Assembly (NCBI GenBank): GCA_040380835.1
Contig: JBEIIK010000004.1
Span: forward strand, 1 to 55,706
Direction: 5' to 3'
DNA: 55,706 nucleotides
Origin: Ignavibacteria bacterium
GTDB taxonomy: Bacteria > Bacteroidota > Ignavibacteria > Kapaibacteriales > Kapaibacteriaceae
Made by a program: the position numbers and the translations under genes. Positions 38,413 through 47,351 of the stretch are shown here, piece after piece; positions within the stretch are counted from its first letter, which is position 1; every line of letters begins with the position of its first letter. Under the pieces are notes generated by a model. It ran no database searches, had not been told where the DNA came from, and saw only the letters and a list, made by a program, of their open reading frames with translations.

Positions 38413-39368
38413 CAGCGCAAGCCCTGTACGGGTGATGCCAGCAGAATATCCAGCAGTCGTTCAAGTTCTTCCAATGAGAAGAACTCGATATCGATCGATC
38501 CCGACTCATCACTTTTGAGACGCACACGAACCTGCGTTGCAAAGGTCTGACGCAGGGAGTCTTCAATGGTCTGTATTGACTTATCTGCCGGACCATTCGG
38601 AGGGACAGTTGAGGATGTTGACGATTTGACCTTGATCCCTCCGGCTCGGGTTACGTCTTTCCGTCCGAGCTCAATGTCCTTTACCAGAGCCTCGGTTTTG
38701 CGAACCGAAAGCTCGCGATTGATCACTTCGCGCAGCACGGTCAGCTGCCGTGCCTCTGTTGTAAGCGTCAGCAACGCACGAGCATGTCCCATGCTGATGC
38801 GCCTGTTACGAAGTGCCGCCTGCACGTCGGCCGGGAGCTTGAGCAGGCGTAGCGAGTTAGCGATGGTGCTGCGGTCCTTACCTACTTTGACGGCGATATC
38901 CTCTTGCTTGAGCTGACAGTCATCGATCAGACGCTGATAGCCTTGGGCCACTTCCAGTGGATCGAGATCTTCGCGCTGCAGGTTCTCCACGAGTGCGATC
39001 TCTAGCATCTGCGCATCGGAGCCAACCTCGATCACATGTGCCGGGATCACCGTCAGGCCGGCCATCTGCGACGCCCGCAGGCGTCGCTCGCCGCTGATAA
39101 GTTCGTATCCGTCAAAGTGCCGGCGGACGGTGATCGGTGTGATCACCCCGTGCACGGCGATAGACTGTGCGAGTTCTTCGAGCGCTTGCTGGTCAAAGTG
39201 ATGACGGGGCTGAACAGGATTGGTCGAAATCTTAGCGATCTCAATGCTGCTCACGCCCGACGCCGAGTTGTCGGCAGCCAGCGGCTGCTGCGCTGTGCTA
39301 TCGGGACGAATCAATTCCTTGGGTATCAGCGCTCCGATACCTTTACCGAGTCCTAATCCTTGTTTCAC
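38412..39368 (-). CDS. parB: Chromosome partitioning protein ParB
   Basis: LGKGIGALI, NPVQPR, ISGERRLRA, ENLQREDL, HTH and GHARALL; likely GTG start 39368 after GGGGGGAG. Confidence 0.96.
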   Translation of the reverse strand: MKQGLGLGKGIGALIPKELIRPDSTAQQPLAADNSASGVSSIEIAKISTNPVQPRHHFDQQALEELAQSIAVHGVITPITVRRHFDGYELISGERRLRASQMAGLTVIPAHVIEVGSDAQMLEIALVENLQREDLDPLEVAQGYQRLIDDCQLKQEDIAVKVGKDRSTIANSLRLLKLPADVQAALRNRRISMGHARALLTLTTEARQLTVLREVINRELSVRKTEALVKDIELGRKDVTRAGGIKVKSSTSSTVPPNGPADKSIQTIEDSLRQTFATQVRVRLKSDESGSIDIEFFSLEELERLLDILLASPVQGLR

Positions 39369-39385
39369 GATTCTCCCCCCTTGTA

Positions 39386-40174
39386 TCAACCTACCAGAGC
39401 ACCGGCCGTGGCGGCGTTCTTTTCGAGGATCTCCGTTGCCAGGGCCAGGTAGTTCTGTGCGCCCATGCTGGAGGCATCATAGAGCAATGCCGGCTTACCG
39501 TGACTTGGTGCTTCCGAAAGCCGAACGTTGCGCGTGATCACCGTGCGGCAGGCCTTGTCTTCGAAGTGACGTCGCACTTCATCGACCACCTGGTTGCTAA
39601 GTCGAAGACGAGAATCGTACATCGTCAGCAGGACGCCTTCGATCTCCAGACGTGGGTTCGACGTACGACGCACGATGGAGATGGTGTTGAGCAGCTGACC
39701 AAGTCCTTCCAGGGCATAGAACTCGCACTGTACCGGAATGAGCACCGAGTCGGCAGCGGTCAGACTGTTTAGTGTTAGCAGACCAAGAGACGGTGGACAG
39801 TCAATGACGATGTAGTCGTAGCGATCCTTAACACTGGCCAGAATTCCTTTTAGTAGATGCTCGCGGCTCGGAACGTCAACAAGTTCGATCTCAGCACCCA
39901 CAAGGTTGATATGCGATGGCACAAGATCGAGAAATGGCATTGCCGTGGTTACCACTACAGATTCGATCGGCAGACGGTTGATCAGCACTTCGTAGATCGT
40001 TTTGTCAAGCTGTGTTGTATCCACGCCGTAACCATGAGATGCATTAGCCTGCGGGTCGATATCAACCAAAAGGGTCTTCTGCTCCGTGGCAGCCAGGGAT
40101 GCCGCGAGATTCACGGCTGTCGTTGTCTTGCCAACACCACCCTTTTGATTTGCGACGGCGATGATCTTTCCCAT
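39386..40174 (-). CDS. parA: Chromosome partitioning ATPase ParA/Soj
   Basis: [35 protein letters not shown] and EAPSHG. Confidence 0.97.
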   Translation of the reverse strand: MGKIIAVANQKGGVGKTTTAVNLAASLAATEQKTLLVDIDPQANASHGYGVDTTQLDKTIYEVLINRLPIESVVVTTAMPFLDLVPSHINLVGAEIELVDVPSREHLLKGILASVKDRYDYIVIDCPPSLGLLTLNSLTAADSVLIPVQCEFYALEGLGQLLNTISIVRRTSNPRLEIEGVLLTMYDSRLRLSNQVVDEVRRHFEDKACRTVITRNVRLSEAPSHGKPALLYDASSMGAQNYLALATEILEKNAATAGALVG

Positions 40175-40255
40175 AGTACGGCAAACTCCGATTCGGTATG
40201 GCCCAAAGGCTTTGGAACAATCAATTCAGGGGCCGACTGGAGCGTCAGCCAGCGG

Positions 40256-40263
40256 CAAAGGTA
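40256..40263 (-). promoter_or_regulatory. -7 promoter element (TACCTTTG) for parAB
   Basis: Matches TAnnTTTG preceded by TTCG, in the sprA-parA gap. Confidence 0.55.
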
Positions 40264-40310
40264 CGAACACCGGCAGTCATCGAAAACACTTGTTTCATGC
40301 GTGTTTCACG

Positions 40311-43300
40311 CTATCTTCCGCCAGATATCGACAGTCGGATATCAAGTCCTACCTGCGTGGTACTGAAGCCCGGATTGGCCGCCCCCTCGCTGAAGTTTCC
40401 TTCGTACCTGATGAAGGCCGAGGCCGTTACGCGCTGGCTCATCGTGTAACGGGCACGCGGTTCGATCACGATCTGCGTGGTGCCATCGACCACGGCTCCA
40501 CCTGGCTTGTAGTCAAGCACGTCATACTGACCGCGTCTGTTGCGCCGAATCTGCGTGTTGAACGTCAATTCGAGGTCATTATTAAGATCCATGCCTAGAA
40601 ACTTCAGCGGCACATTTCGTCTCAGGTAGGAAGCCTGTATCTGAAACTCGTGAGATGTTTCCTGTGAGATCACAGCGCGTGCCGAGGCATTGAAGCCGTG
40701 CGTTGTGGTAACGCTGTAGCGGGCAGTTGCTGTCAGGAGACCATTGAGCTTTCGTTCGTCAAAGGACAAGTTCATGCCCACCAATGGAGTAAACCCGGTT
40801 TTGATCTGCTGCACTTCAATGAATCGGCCGTTATCGTTGATGCGCGCATTCTCCGTGTAGTTGGACTGATAGGCGTGCTCAAGAAACACACGCTGGGCAA
40901 GCCCCTTGAAGAACGGTAGCTTTTCTATACCATCCCAGCGAATAGTCCAGTTCAGAGCGGGCATTATACGTGCGAGCTCTCCGCTGAAAAGCTGCCAGGA
41001 TTCGAATCCCTCCCGGAATGACTCGGCCAGAGCATTCAGAAGATTCGAGTTGCGGCTTGACGTATCGGGGTTGGCAAGGATCACCGCTTTGCGCTCATTG
41101 TACAGTCGCACCACCTCTTCGACATTGTCATTTGAGAGTCCGAACGGAAGATCCGGGAAGCTGATAAACGATCGATCCAGCGTCTGCCTTTTGACAATGT
41201 TGGTAAAGGTCGGAATACCGGCCAGGTCGGTCTCGACTCGCTGGTTGCGTGTGTAGCCGAGGTCGGTCTTCATCGTAAGATCAAGTGTGGCTCCAGGCCA
41301 GAGCGGACGGCTGGTTTGAAGCTGAACAGTGTTTTTCTGAGAGTAGTCATCCTGCATGACTGCATTGGCAGGGCGTACGCCGGTATTCGTGGCAAAACCG
41401 AAAAACGGGAACGACGAAGAGGGCACCAGCGAGACCTCTCCATGCGGGTTGGAAACCAGTCCCATCTGATAGGCCGTGCTGGGGCCCAGCGACGGGCTGT
41501 TGTCTCTGAACAGCATCGTACGGGTCCAGAAATTGTCAAAACCTGACTGGCCCAGAATACCCTTGTTGATAGCGTTCGTACCCTGATTGAAAGTCGTGGT
41601 TATGTTCTCGAATCCGAAGATGATCTCCTGGATGATGCGTCCAAAACCGGCACTATCCTTTGGAACCGGACCGAATATCTCGGCACCAAGCTGTCGCCAG
41701 CGAAGCACCGGACTGAGCCGGAAACCGGCGCTGTAGCGCCCCTCACGGACCACATCCCTGAGACTTATGTCAGCCTGAAGAGGGTCAAGCAGCGTAAAGT
41801 TCGATGAATACGACCCTGTTGTCTCAAAGAACCGGTTCAAACCCGCAATCTCCGGCAGTCGAGGACGTAGTGAGATCGTTACATTCTGCCCGTAGTTACT
41901 GATGTTCCCAAAGTCAAGCAGTCCTGCCTCGCCACCGATGATGCGCGAACTGAGCTGAGAGGCAGTGCGCTGACGTCCGTTTTCATCGAGTTCGAACGGT
42001 ACCATCGTCGACACCGAGTTGACCTTGTAGTCAATTGAGGGGCTCAGAAATCCATTCTCGACGATGCGCCAGTTAAAGCCTAGTGACTTGTCGGCAATGA
42101 ATTCTCTTGCAATGGGGCTTGCCTGCGTCAGAAAGCGTGATTGCTCGGTTGTTCGAGCCCTTGTCATGTTCAATCCGGCATTGAGCGACTGCGGCAGGAA
42201 ATTGATCTTGGCGTCCTTGTAGGCCTTCAAGCCCCAGATGTCGGTAAGAAACTTCAGCGGCGAGACCGAGAACTTCGGAGCGATGTTCACCGCATAGTCC
42301 ATCTTGAACCGCCATCGCCAGTCAAATCGCTGCTGAACAACCTGGGATCGCTCGAACTCCTGACTGTACGAGAAGTTGAACGTCAGTTTGTTGAAGGTAT
42401 CATCTATGTACCAGGCCTTGACGGGAATGCCAAGACGCAAGCCATTGAGTGCCCACTGATCCTGCACACGTACCCGCTGTGATCTCTGTCGTACCGATTC
42501 TGCCACTCTGTCAGCGGCAGCCTGCGAGCCCCCTTTCCTGAGTGTATCATTGGCGGCGGCCAGTGCGGCCGTCTCCAGGGCCACGTCATTCTGGGCCTGA
42601 AACTGCGGAGTCTCGGCGATTTCGGCATGGGTGTAGGTGATCGGGATGCGCGTTTCTCGCAGGCTCTTTGGAAGCAGTCGCTCAAGCCCTACCTGAACCG
42701 TGGTTGTCCACGTTGTCGAATTCATGCGGTTCCCGAATCGCTCTTCCAGACGGTGGAAGTTCGGAGTGGACACATTGACGGCCGTGGTGATATCACCGAT
42801 GTCTGCCAGCTTAAGTGTGGCGTTACCGATGGCGGCCCAGTCATTATCGGATATCGGCTCAACGGCTCGCAACTCGTTGACCCACATCGTGGTGGAAAGC
42901 TCGTTGGGATAGCGCTCGGCAGGATTGGCAACACCGAATCCAAAGAAGGAAATACGAGTCATGATGGGGCTTCCCTTGATGGCATAGATCCCCTGTGGAT
43001 CACCCGGAACCGGAAACTCCTGACGCTGATCAATTCGCGATTTATCGCGAATCTCCTTGATGGCCGTAATGTCCTGGATGATCACCCGCAGATCCTGCCA
43101 GCCCCTTATCATCGGACGCCGGTACTCGTAGTAGTTCGCGCTGTCGATCCCGAAACGAATAAAACAGTACGCCGTGGGTGTCGATCCGGGAGAGACCACG
43201 GCCGGCATGGTGTTGTCACCGTGAATGAAGAAGGCGAGTTGCTTATAGAAGAAGAGGTCCCACGGACGGAAGATCCGGGCCGTGAAACGCTCTTCGCCGG

Positions 43301-46300
43301 CTCGCAGATTCCTGGTGCGCACCACAAGGGACTGCTCATTCAGGTAGAGCTGCTGGTATGGGTCCGGATTCTGAAGTTGTTGCGGTGGGCGCACGCCAGG
43401 GGGCATGGAGTAGAAATCCGGTGCATCCTGATTTTCCTCACGGTTGACATAGGCAACCTGGACTACGGTATCGGTCTGTTCAATTCCGGACTGGAACTGG
43501 TGATTGCGAAGCCAGTAGGAACCCACAACTCCCCAGTCGGCTATCGAGAGCTTGACAGCACCACCCTGAACATGGATACGCGCATACTGGATATTGGTGA
43601 ACAGTGGATTACCAACCACCGAATCAGGCTGACGGATTGGGATCCGGAACTGATACCAGCCACTGGAGGGATTGCCACCGACGATCTGTGAGTTGAGGGA
43701 CGCATTCGGAATAAGCTTTACCTCATAGCGGAAATAACTGTTATCCAGCGAGATGGTCTGTCCGTTGTTACGGTTCAGGATCTCCGTGTCCGGAAACTGG
43801 CCGTACTCGGATTGTGTAGCGTTGCCTTCAAAGTTGTTGTAGCGACGGAACTGATCTTCGGACTGATTGTCTCGATTGGCCGAAAAGTCAAAGACGTAGT
43901 TATCTCGTGCAGGGTCGGATTCCCGGTTATGGGGCTCCGGGTAGGCAAGCTTTTCCTGCTCATCAGTAAGTCCGTCAATACCGGTATCCTCGCCAACATC
44001 GATGAGGTTGTTTGCCGGAGGAAGGTCTTCAGTATTAAGGGTCTGATTCGGAACAACATCTTCGCTGATCTGCCCCAGATCTATGAACATTCGCGAGCCC
44101 GGCTCGTAGGAGTCGATCCGCATCATGATCTCGATGTAATCAATATTCTCGTTATCGAAGTTCGTGTTGAATGGTGAAAGAAGCCGGGTCATTCCGGCCC
44201 AGACCTTCTGACGATTATCTCGCTGGAAATCGGCAGCCTGCTGACGCACATTCAGGCTATCAGCACCATTCCACTCGGGTGAAACGCGGTCGATGAATTC
44301 CTGATTGGGGTTGTGAATACCCCGTTCGTCCGGCTCAAATGCTATCCTGAGCGGATTGATATTGTTGCGACCCTGCACACGTGCTCGATTCGGATACACG
44401 TCGATCTGGGGAACATCCGGTACGAACTTCTGATACCAGAACATCTTGCCTCGGTACTTTCGGGCCGTGGTGTCACTGTCCCATAGCGTGCTGTCTTTAG
44501 CAGCCGACGAATGCACCCAGGTAGTTGGAGTGAGACCGAAACCGAGATACCGACGTGCAGATTCAAAATCATCGACGTAGGCGACCGCCTTACCCTGATC
44601 ACTTTCAACCGTGGAGAAGCGCTTATTAGGCGTTGGTGATACCATCGCCCATTCACCATTGAAGGTAAACGTGGATTTCTCCTTGGTATCAACTCCCGGT
44701 ATTGCATTCAGGGCCGAAGTCAGCCAGGGTAGTTCTGCATTGAACTTTGCGTCAAACCCCATCATGAAGTTGGAGTTGGGCTCTTGGCCCGGCAGCACGC
44801 GGTCAATGATCGCGGCCTGATCGTAGTTCATCATCGTCATACCGATCGACCCGTTCATGCGACGCTTGGTGAAAAGGCGCATGTCGGCACGCAGCCCCAG
44901 AAGCGTACGCGTGGTCAGATTGAAGATGTCATTCTTTTCGAACTCGACGTTCAGGTTGGCGTTCGGTAGCTGGGCCCTCGGATTCAGCAGTGAAAGAGAT
45001 CCGGAGTTGTAGTCGACCATGAAGTCGACACCTTCACGCAGCGCCATACCATCAAGCGTGACGCGAACGCTGCCCGGTGCGAGCTGATAGGCCAGCGGGA
45101 TGCGACTGCCCATGGACGTTCCGGTACCCTCTCCAACGATCAGAAACCGGTCTTTAGCCGTCACAAGCCGAGCCGCGATCTCGGTGGTATCGTAAACTTC
45201 ATTAAAGACATACTGTTCTGCCAGCTGGGCATTGCCCTTGGAGGCGAAGTACTCGCGCAGACCTTCTCGGAAGGGCTCCAGACTCGGGAACGTGATCTCA
45301 CCGCGCTGAGCATTGAAGATCGGCGCTCTCGGATCGAACACCCCGTCAGGAGGAGCAACACCTGTTCCGTTATTAACCTGGTCAACGCGGAAGATGGTGA
45401 CGATCTTGTCAGGAGCCCCCTCAAGGACGTCGGTCGAATCATTCGTCGACCGGTAGTACCACATCCCCAGCTTGGCATCCTGCGCATTCATGTTGGGCAT
45501 TCCTACCGGATAGCGGTTGCGCATCATGCGCTTCCAGATCTTGCGGAATCCCGGCTGCATCTGCGGACGGGCAATAAGCTTCAGGACGATCGTATCACGC
45601 TCGTTGGCATTGCGAGAGAGCGTGCCGTAGTATAGATCATCAGCGTCGGATGATGTTGGACCCTCGATCCGGTATGAAACAGCGTAATACCTGTCATTGC
45701 GCAGGTTGGCCACCGTTACCGTACCCAGGTTCATATCTACTTCGACACGCCGCGGTTCAAGTCGGATAAACCTGCCGCGCTCGATCGACCCGGCTTTGAT
45801 CTCCGCCTGCGTCAGGTTGGCCGGGTAGCGCTGCCCTGTTGCATACTGAATCGGTGTAATATCATCATAAGCAACAGCCTCATTGGCCTGTACCTCTTTA
45901 AGGTCCGTGGTCGACTCCCACACCTCGATCTCCTTGACCACCAGCGAGGAACCGACTTTCGAAAGTGCCGGAGTAGCCGTTTTAAAGAATTCTCTCCAGA
46001 CTTCGAAGTAGGCCGTGTCGAGAAAGAAGTGGTTCTTGGCGTAGTCATACGCCCTCAAGGTGAACTGCTGTCGTGACGATCCGCCGCGAGCATTGATGAA
46101 CTGCCGTTCGCCGCGGCGTTGCGATGCAATGGTCTTGAGAAAGAGTGGTCCGAACTGAAAATCTGCCCGCACCCCAAAGAGCGTCTGTCCGCCCCCTATC
46201 AAAGCACTTTGAGACTCGAGATTGACGTTACCGAACTCGACACGCTTGACGATGTCGTCATCTGTGCCCTCGAAACCGATCTTGAAGCGGTTATTGAATT

Positions 46301-47129
46301 CGAACTGGTTTAACGTATTCCAGTCGACGTTCATGCGGAGCTTATCTCCGATGCGACCGCTGACGTTCACCTGGATATTCTGATTGAAGATCGGTGCCGA
46401 CTGGTTCTGTCCGGCGATCGAGGCCGTTCCGAGTGACTGCGAATCCCAGCGCCAGCCTGCCTGAACATTAACCTCGCCGTTGACGTTGATCGCGATCTCG
46501 GGTTTGCCGAAAATCCCGAAGAGCGGATTCTGTGGCAACGGGATGGTGATGTTTGTTGCCTGATCAATGAGCTTCGTGAGTTCGGCCGCCGAAAGGGGCT
46601 TCTTCATTTCGTATTTCAGAAGCGACGAATCGCGTGCCTTACGAAGAAGAGCAATGCGGCGCTGCTCGAGGTAGGAATCAAGGGACAGCGGTATCATTGT
46701 TCCAACGTCCATTGCGTCGGTCAGCTCAAAAAGTTTGATCTGGCCAAGCGTTGTATCGATCGAGCCACGTTGCTCGTATCCTTTCGGAAGCTTGATAAAC
46801 CTGTAGGAACGCTGCGCCGGTGTCAGAGGAAATCGGTTGATGAATACATCAGGATAGTAACCCGGGATGTCTGTATTGGTAGGATCACCGATCCCGACCG
46901 GACCGCGGATGGTCGTGTCCTTTCGCACCGAATCGGCCTGAACAGCCGCATACATCGAGCCCAGAAGGCTCGTCGAAAGTTCAATGGCGCTCAGGTGAAG
47001 GGGCTCGCTCTGCGCAAGCCACGGCAGAATCGTTGCCTCTGACAGGACGCACTCCGGCGATGCCACCGCTGCGATCGCGAAAAGCAATAACGTCCACGTT
47101 CGTCGTGTGAGATCGAACACGCGGGGCAA
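40311..47129 (-). CDS. sprA: T9SS translocon SprA/Sov
   Basis: 2272 aa with FNQNIQVNVSGRIGDKL, EFGNV, LFGVRADFQFGPL, GSVRVT, YVDDFE, DLGQISED, WYQFRIP and WVNELR motifs; TTG start. Confidence 0.92.
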   Translation of the reverse strand: MPRVFDLTRRTWTLLLFAIAAVASPECVLSEATILPWLAQSEPLHLSAIELSTSLLGSMYAAVQADSVRKDTTIRGPVGIGDPTNTDIPGYYPDVFINRFPLTPAQRSYRFIKLPKGYEQRGSIDTTLGQIKLFELTDAMDVGTMIPLSLDSYLEQRRIALLRKARDSSLLKYEMKKPLSAAELTKLIDQATNITIPLPQNPLFGIFGKPEIAINVNGEVNVQAGWRWDSQSLGTASIAGQNQSAPIFNQNIQVNVSGRIGDKLRMNVDWNTLNQFEFNNRFKIGFEGTDDDIVKRVEFGNVNLESQSALIGGGQTLFGVRADFQFGPLFLKTIASQRRGERQFINARGGSSRQQFTLRAYDYAKNHFFLDTAYFEVWREFFKTATPALSKVGSSLVVKEIEVWESTTDLKEVQANEAVAYDDITPIQYATGQRYPANLTQAEIKAGSIERGRFIRLEPRRVEVDMNLGTVTVANLRNDRYYAVSYRIEGPTSSDADDLYYGTLSRNANERDTIVLKLIARPQMQPGFRKIWKRMMRNRYPVGMPNMNAQDAKLGMWYYRSTNDSTDVLEGAPDKIVTIFRVDQVNNGTGVAPPDGVFDPRAPIFNAQRGEITFPSLEPFREGLREYFASKGNAQLAEQYVFNEVYDTTEIAARLVTAKDRFLIVGEGTGTSMGSRIPLAYQLAPGSVRVTLDGMALREGVDFMVDYNSGSLSLLNPRAQLPNANLNVEFEKNDIFNLTTRTLLGLRADMRLFTKRRMNGSIGMTMMNYDQAAIIDRVLPGQEPNSNFMMGFDAKFNAELPWLTSALNAIPGVDTKEKSTFTFNGEWAMVSPTPNKRFSTVESDQGKAVAYVDDFESARRYLGFGLTPTTWVHSSAAKDSTLWDSDTTARKYRGKMFWYQKFVPDVPQIDVYPNRARVQGRNNINPLRIAFEPDERGIHNPNQEFIDRVSPEWNGADSLNVRQQAADFQRDNRQKVWAGMTRLLSPFNTNFDNENIDYIEIMMRIDSYEPGSRMFIDLGQISEDVVPNQTLNTEDLPPANNLIDVGEDTGIDGLTDEQEKLAYPEPHNRESDPARDNYVFDFSANRDNQSEDQFRRYNNFEGNATQSEYGQFPDTEILNRNNGQTISLDNSYFRYEVKLIPNASLNSQIVGGNPSSGWYQFRIPIRQPDSVVGNPLFTNIQYARIHVQGGAVKLSIADWGVVGSYWLRNHQFQSGIEQTDTVVQVAYVNREENQDAPDFYSMPPGVRPPQQLQNPDPYQQLYLNEQSLVVRTRNLRAGEERFTARIFRPWDLFFYKQLAFFIHGDNTMPAVVSPGSTPTAYCFIRFGIDSANYYEYRRPMIRGWQDLRVIIQDITAIKEIRDKSRIDQRQEFPVPGDPQGIYAIKGSPIMTRISFFGFGVANPAERYPNELSTTMWVNELRAVEPISDNDWAAIGNATLKLADIGDITTAVNVSTPNFHRLEERFGNRMNSTTWTTTVQVGLERLLPKSLRETRIPITYTHAEIAETPQFQAQNDVALETAALAAANDTLRKGGSQAAADRVAESVRQRSQRVRVQDQWALNGLRLGIPVKAWYIDDTFNKLTFNFSYSQEFERSQVVQQRFDWRWRFKMDYAVNIAPKFSVSPLKFLTDIWGLKAYKDAKINFLPQSLNAGLNMTRARTTEQSRFLTQASPIAREFIADKSLGFNWRIVENGFLSPSIDYKVNSVSTMVPFELDENGRQRTASQLSSRIIGGEAGLLDFGNISNYGQNVTISLRPRLPEIAGLNRFFETTGSYSSNFTLLDPLQADISLRDVVREGRYSAGFRLSPVLRWRQLGAEIFGPVPKDSAGFGRIIQEIIFGFENITTTFNQGTNAINKGILGQSGFDNFWTRTMLFRDNSPSLGPSTAYQMGLVSNPHGEVSLVPSSSFPFFGFATNTGVRPANAVMQDDYSQKNTVQLQTSRPLWPGATLDLTMKTDLGYTRNQRVETDLAGIPTFTNIVKRQTLDRSFISFPDLPFGLSNDNVEEVVRLYNERKAVILANPDTSSRNSNLLNALAESFREGFESWQLFSGELARIMPALNWTIRWDGIEKLPFFKGLAQRVFLEHAYQSNYTENARINDNGRFIEVQQIKTGFTPLVGMNLSFDERKLNGLLTATARYSVTTTHGFNASARAVISQETSHEFQIQASYLRRNVPLKFLGMDLNNDLELTFNTQIRRNRRGQYDVLDYKPGGAVVDGTTQIVIEPRARYTMSQRVTASAFIRYEGNFSEGAANPGFSTTQVGLDIRLSISGGR

Positions 47130-47214
47130 CTCACCTATGGTTGTTCAACAAAACTGACGACCAACCCCCCTGGAGGTCGGCAACATGGCGTCACAATTGG
47201 CGAGAATATCCCAG

Positions 47215-47331
47215 CTCCGTGAATCTCCGTGATGGACAAAGATAACCGACGCGTTACTTTTGCACGGCTACGGCGGAGAAGATTTCTCCGCGCCGTCTAA
47301 GGCATGACAGCCTGATGGCACGATTTACGCA
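47215..47331. promoter_or_regulatory. Divergent promoter region between sprA and the GH2-like gene
   Basis: TATCTTTG (minus, 47237-47244) and TACTTTTG (plus, 47255-47262); direct repeat CTCCGTGA x2; inverted repeat at 47273-47291; GG-N10-GC element at 47316-47331. Confidence 0.55.
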
Positions 47332-47351
47332 GCATCCTATTGCATTGACCT

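Noticed and set aside
42627-43691. 354-aa plus-strand ORF
   Set aside because: Lies wholly antisense to sprA with no recognisable motifs; a shadow ORF expected from codon bias.
47263-47345. Possible riboswitch in the GH2-like leader
   Set aside because: A hairpin is present, but I could not match a known consensus such as fluoride or ZTP; an Rfam search is needed.
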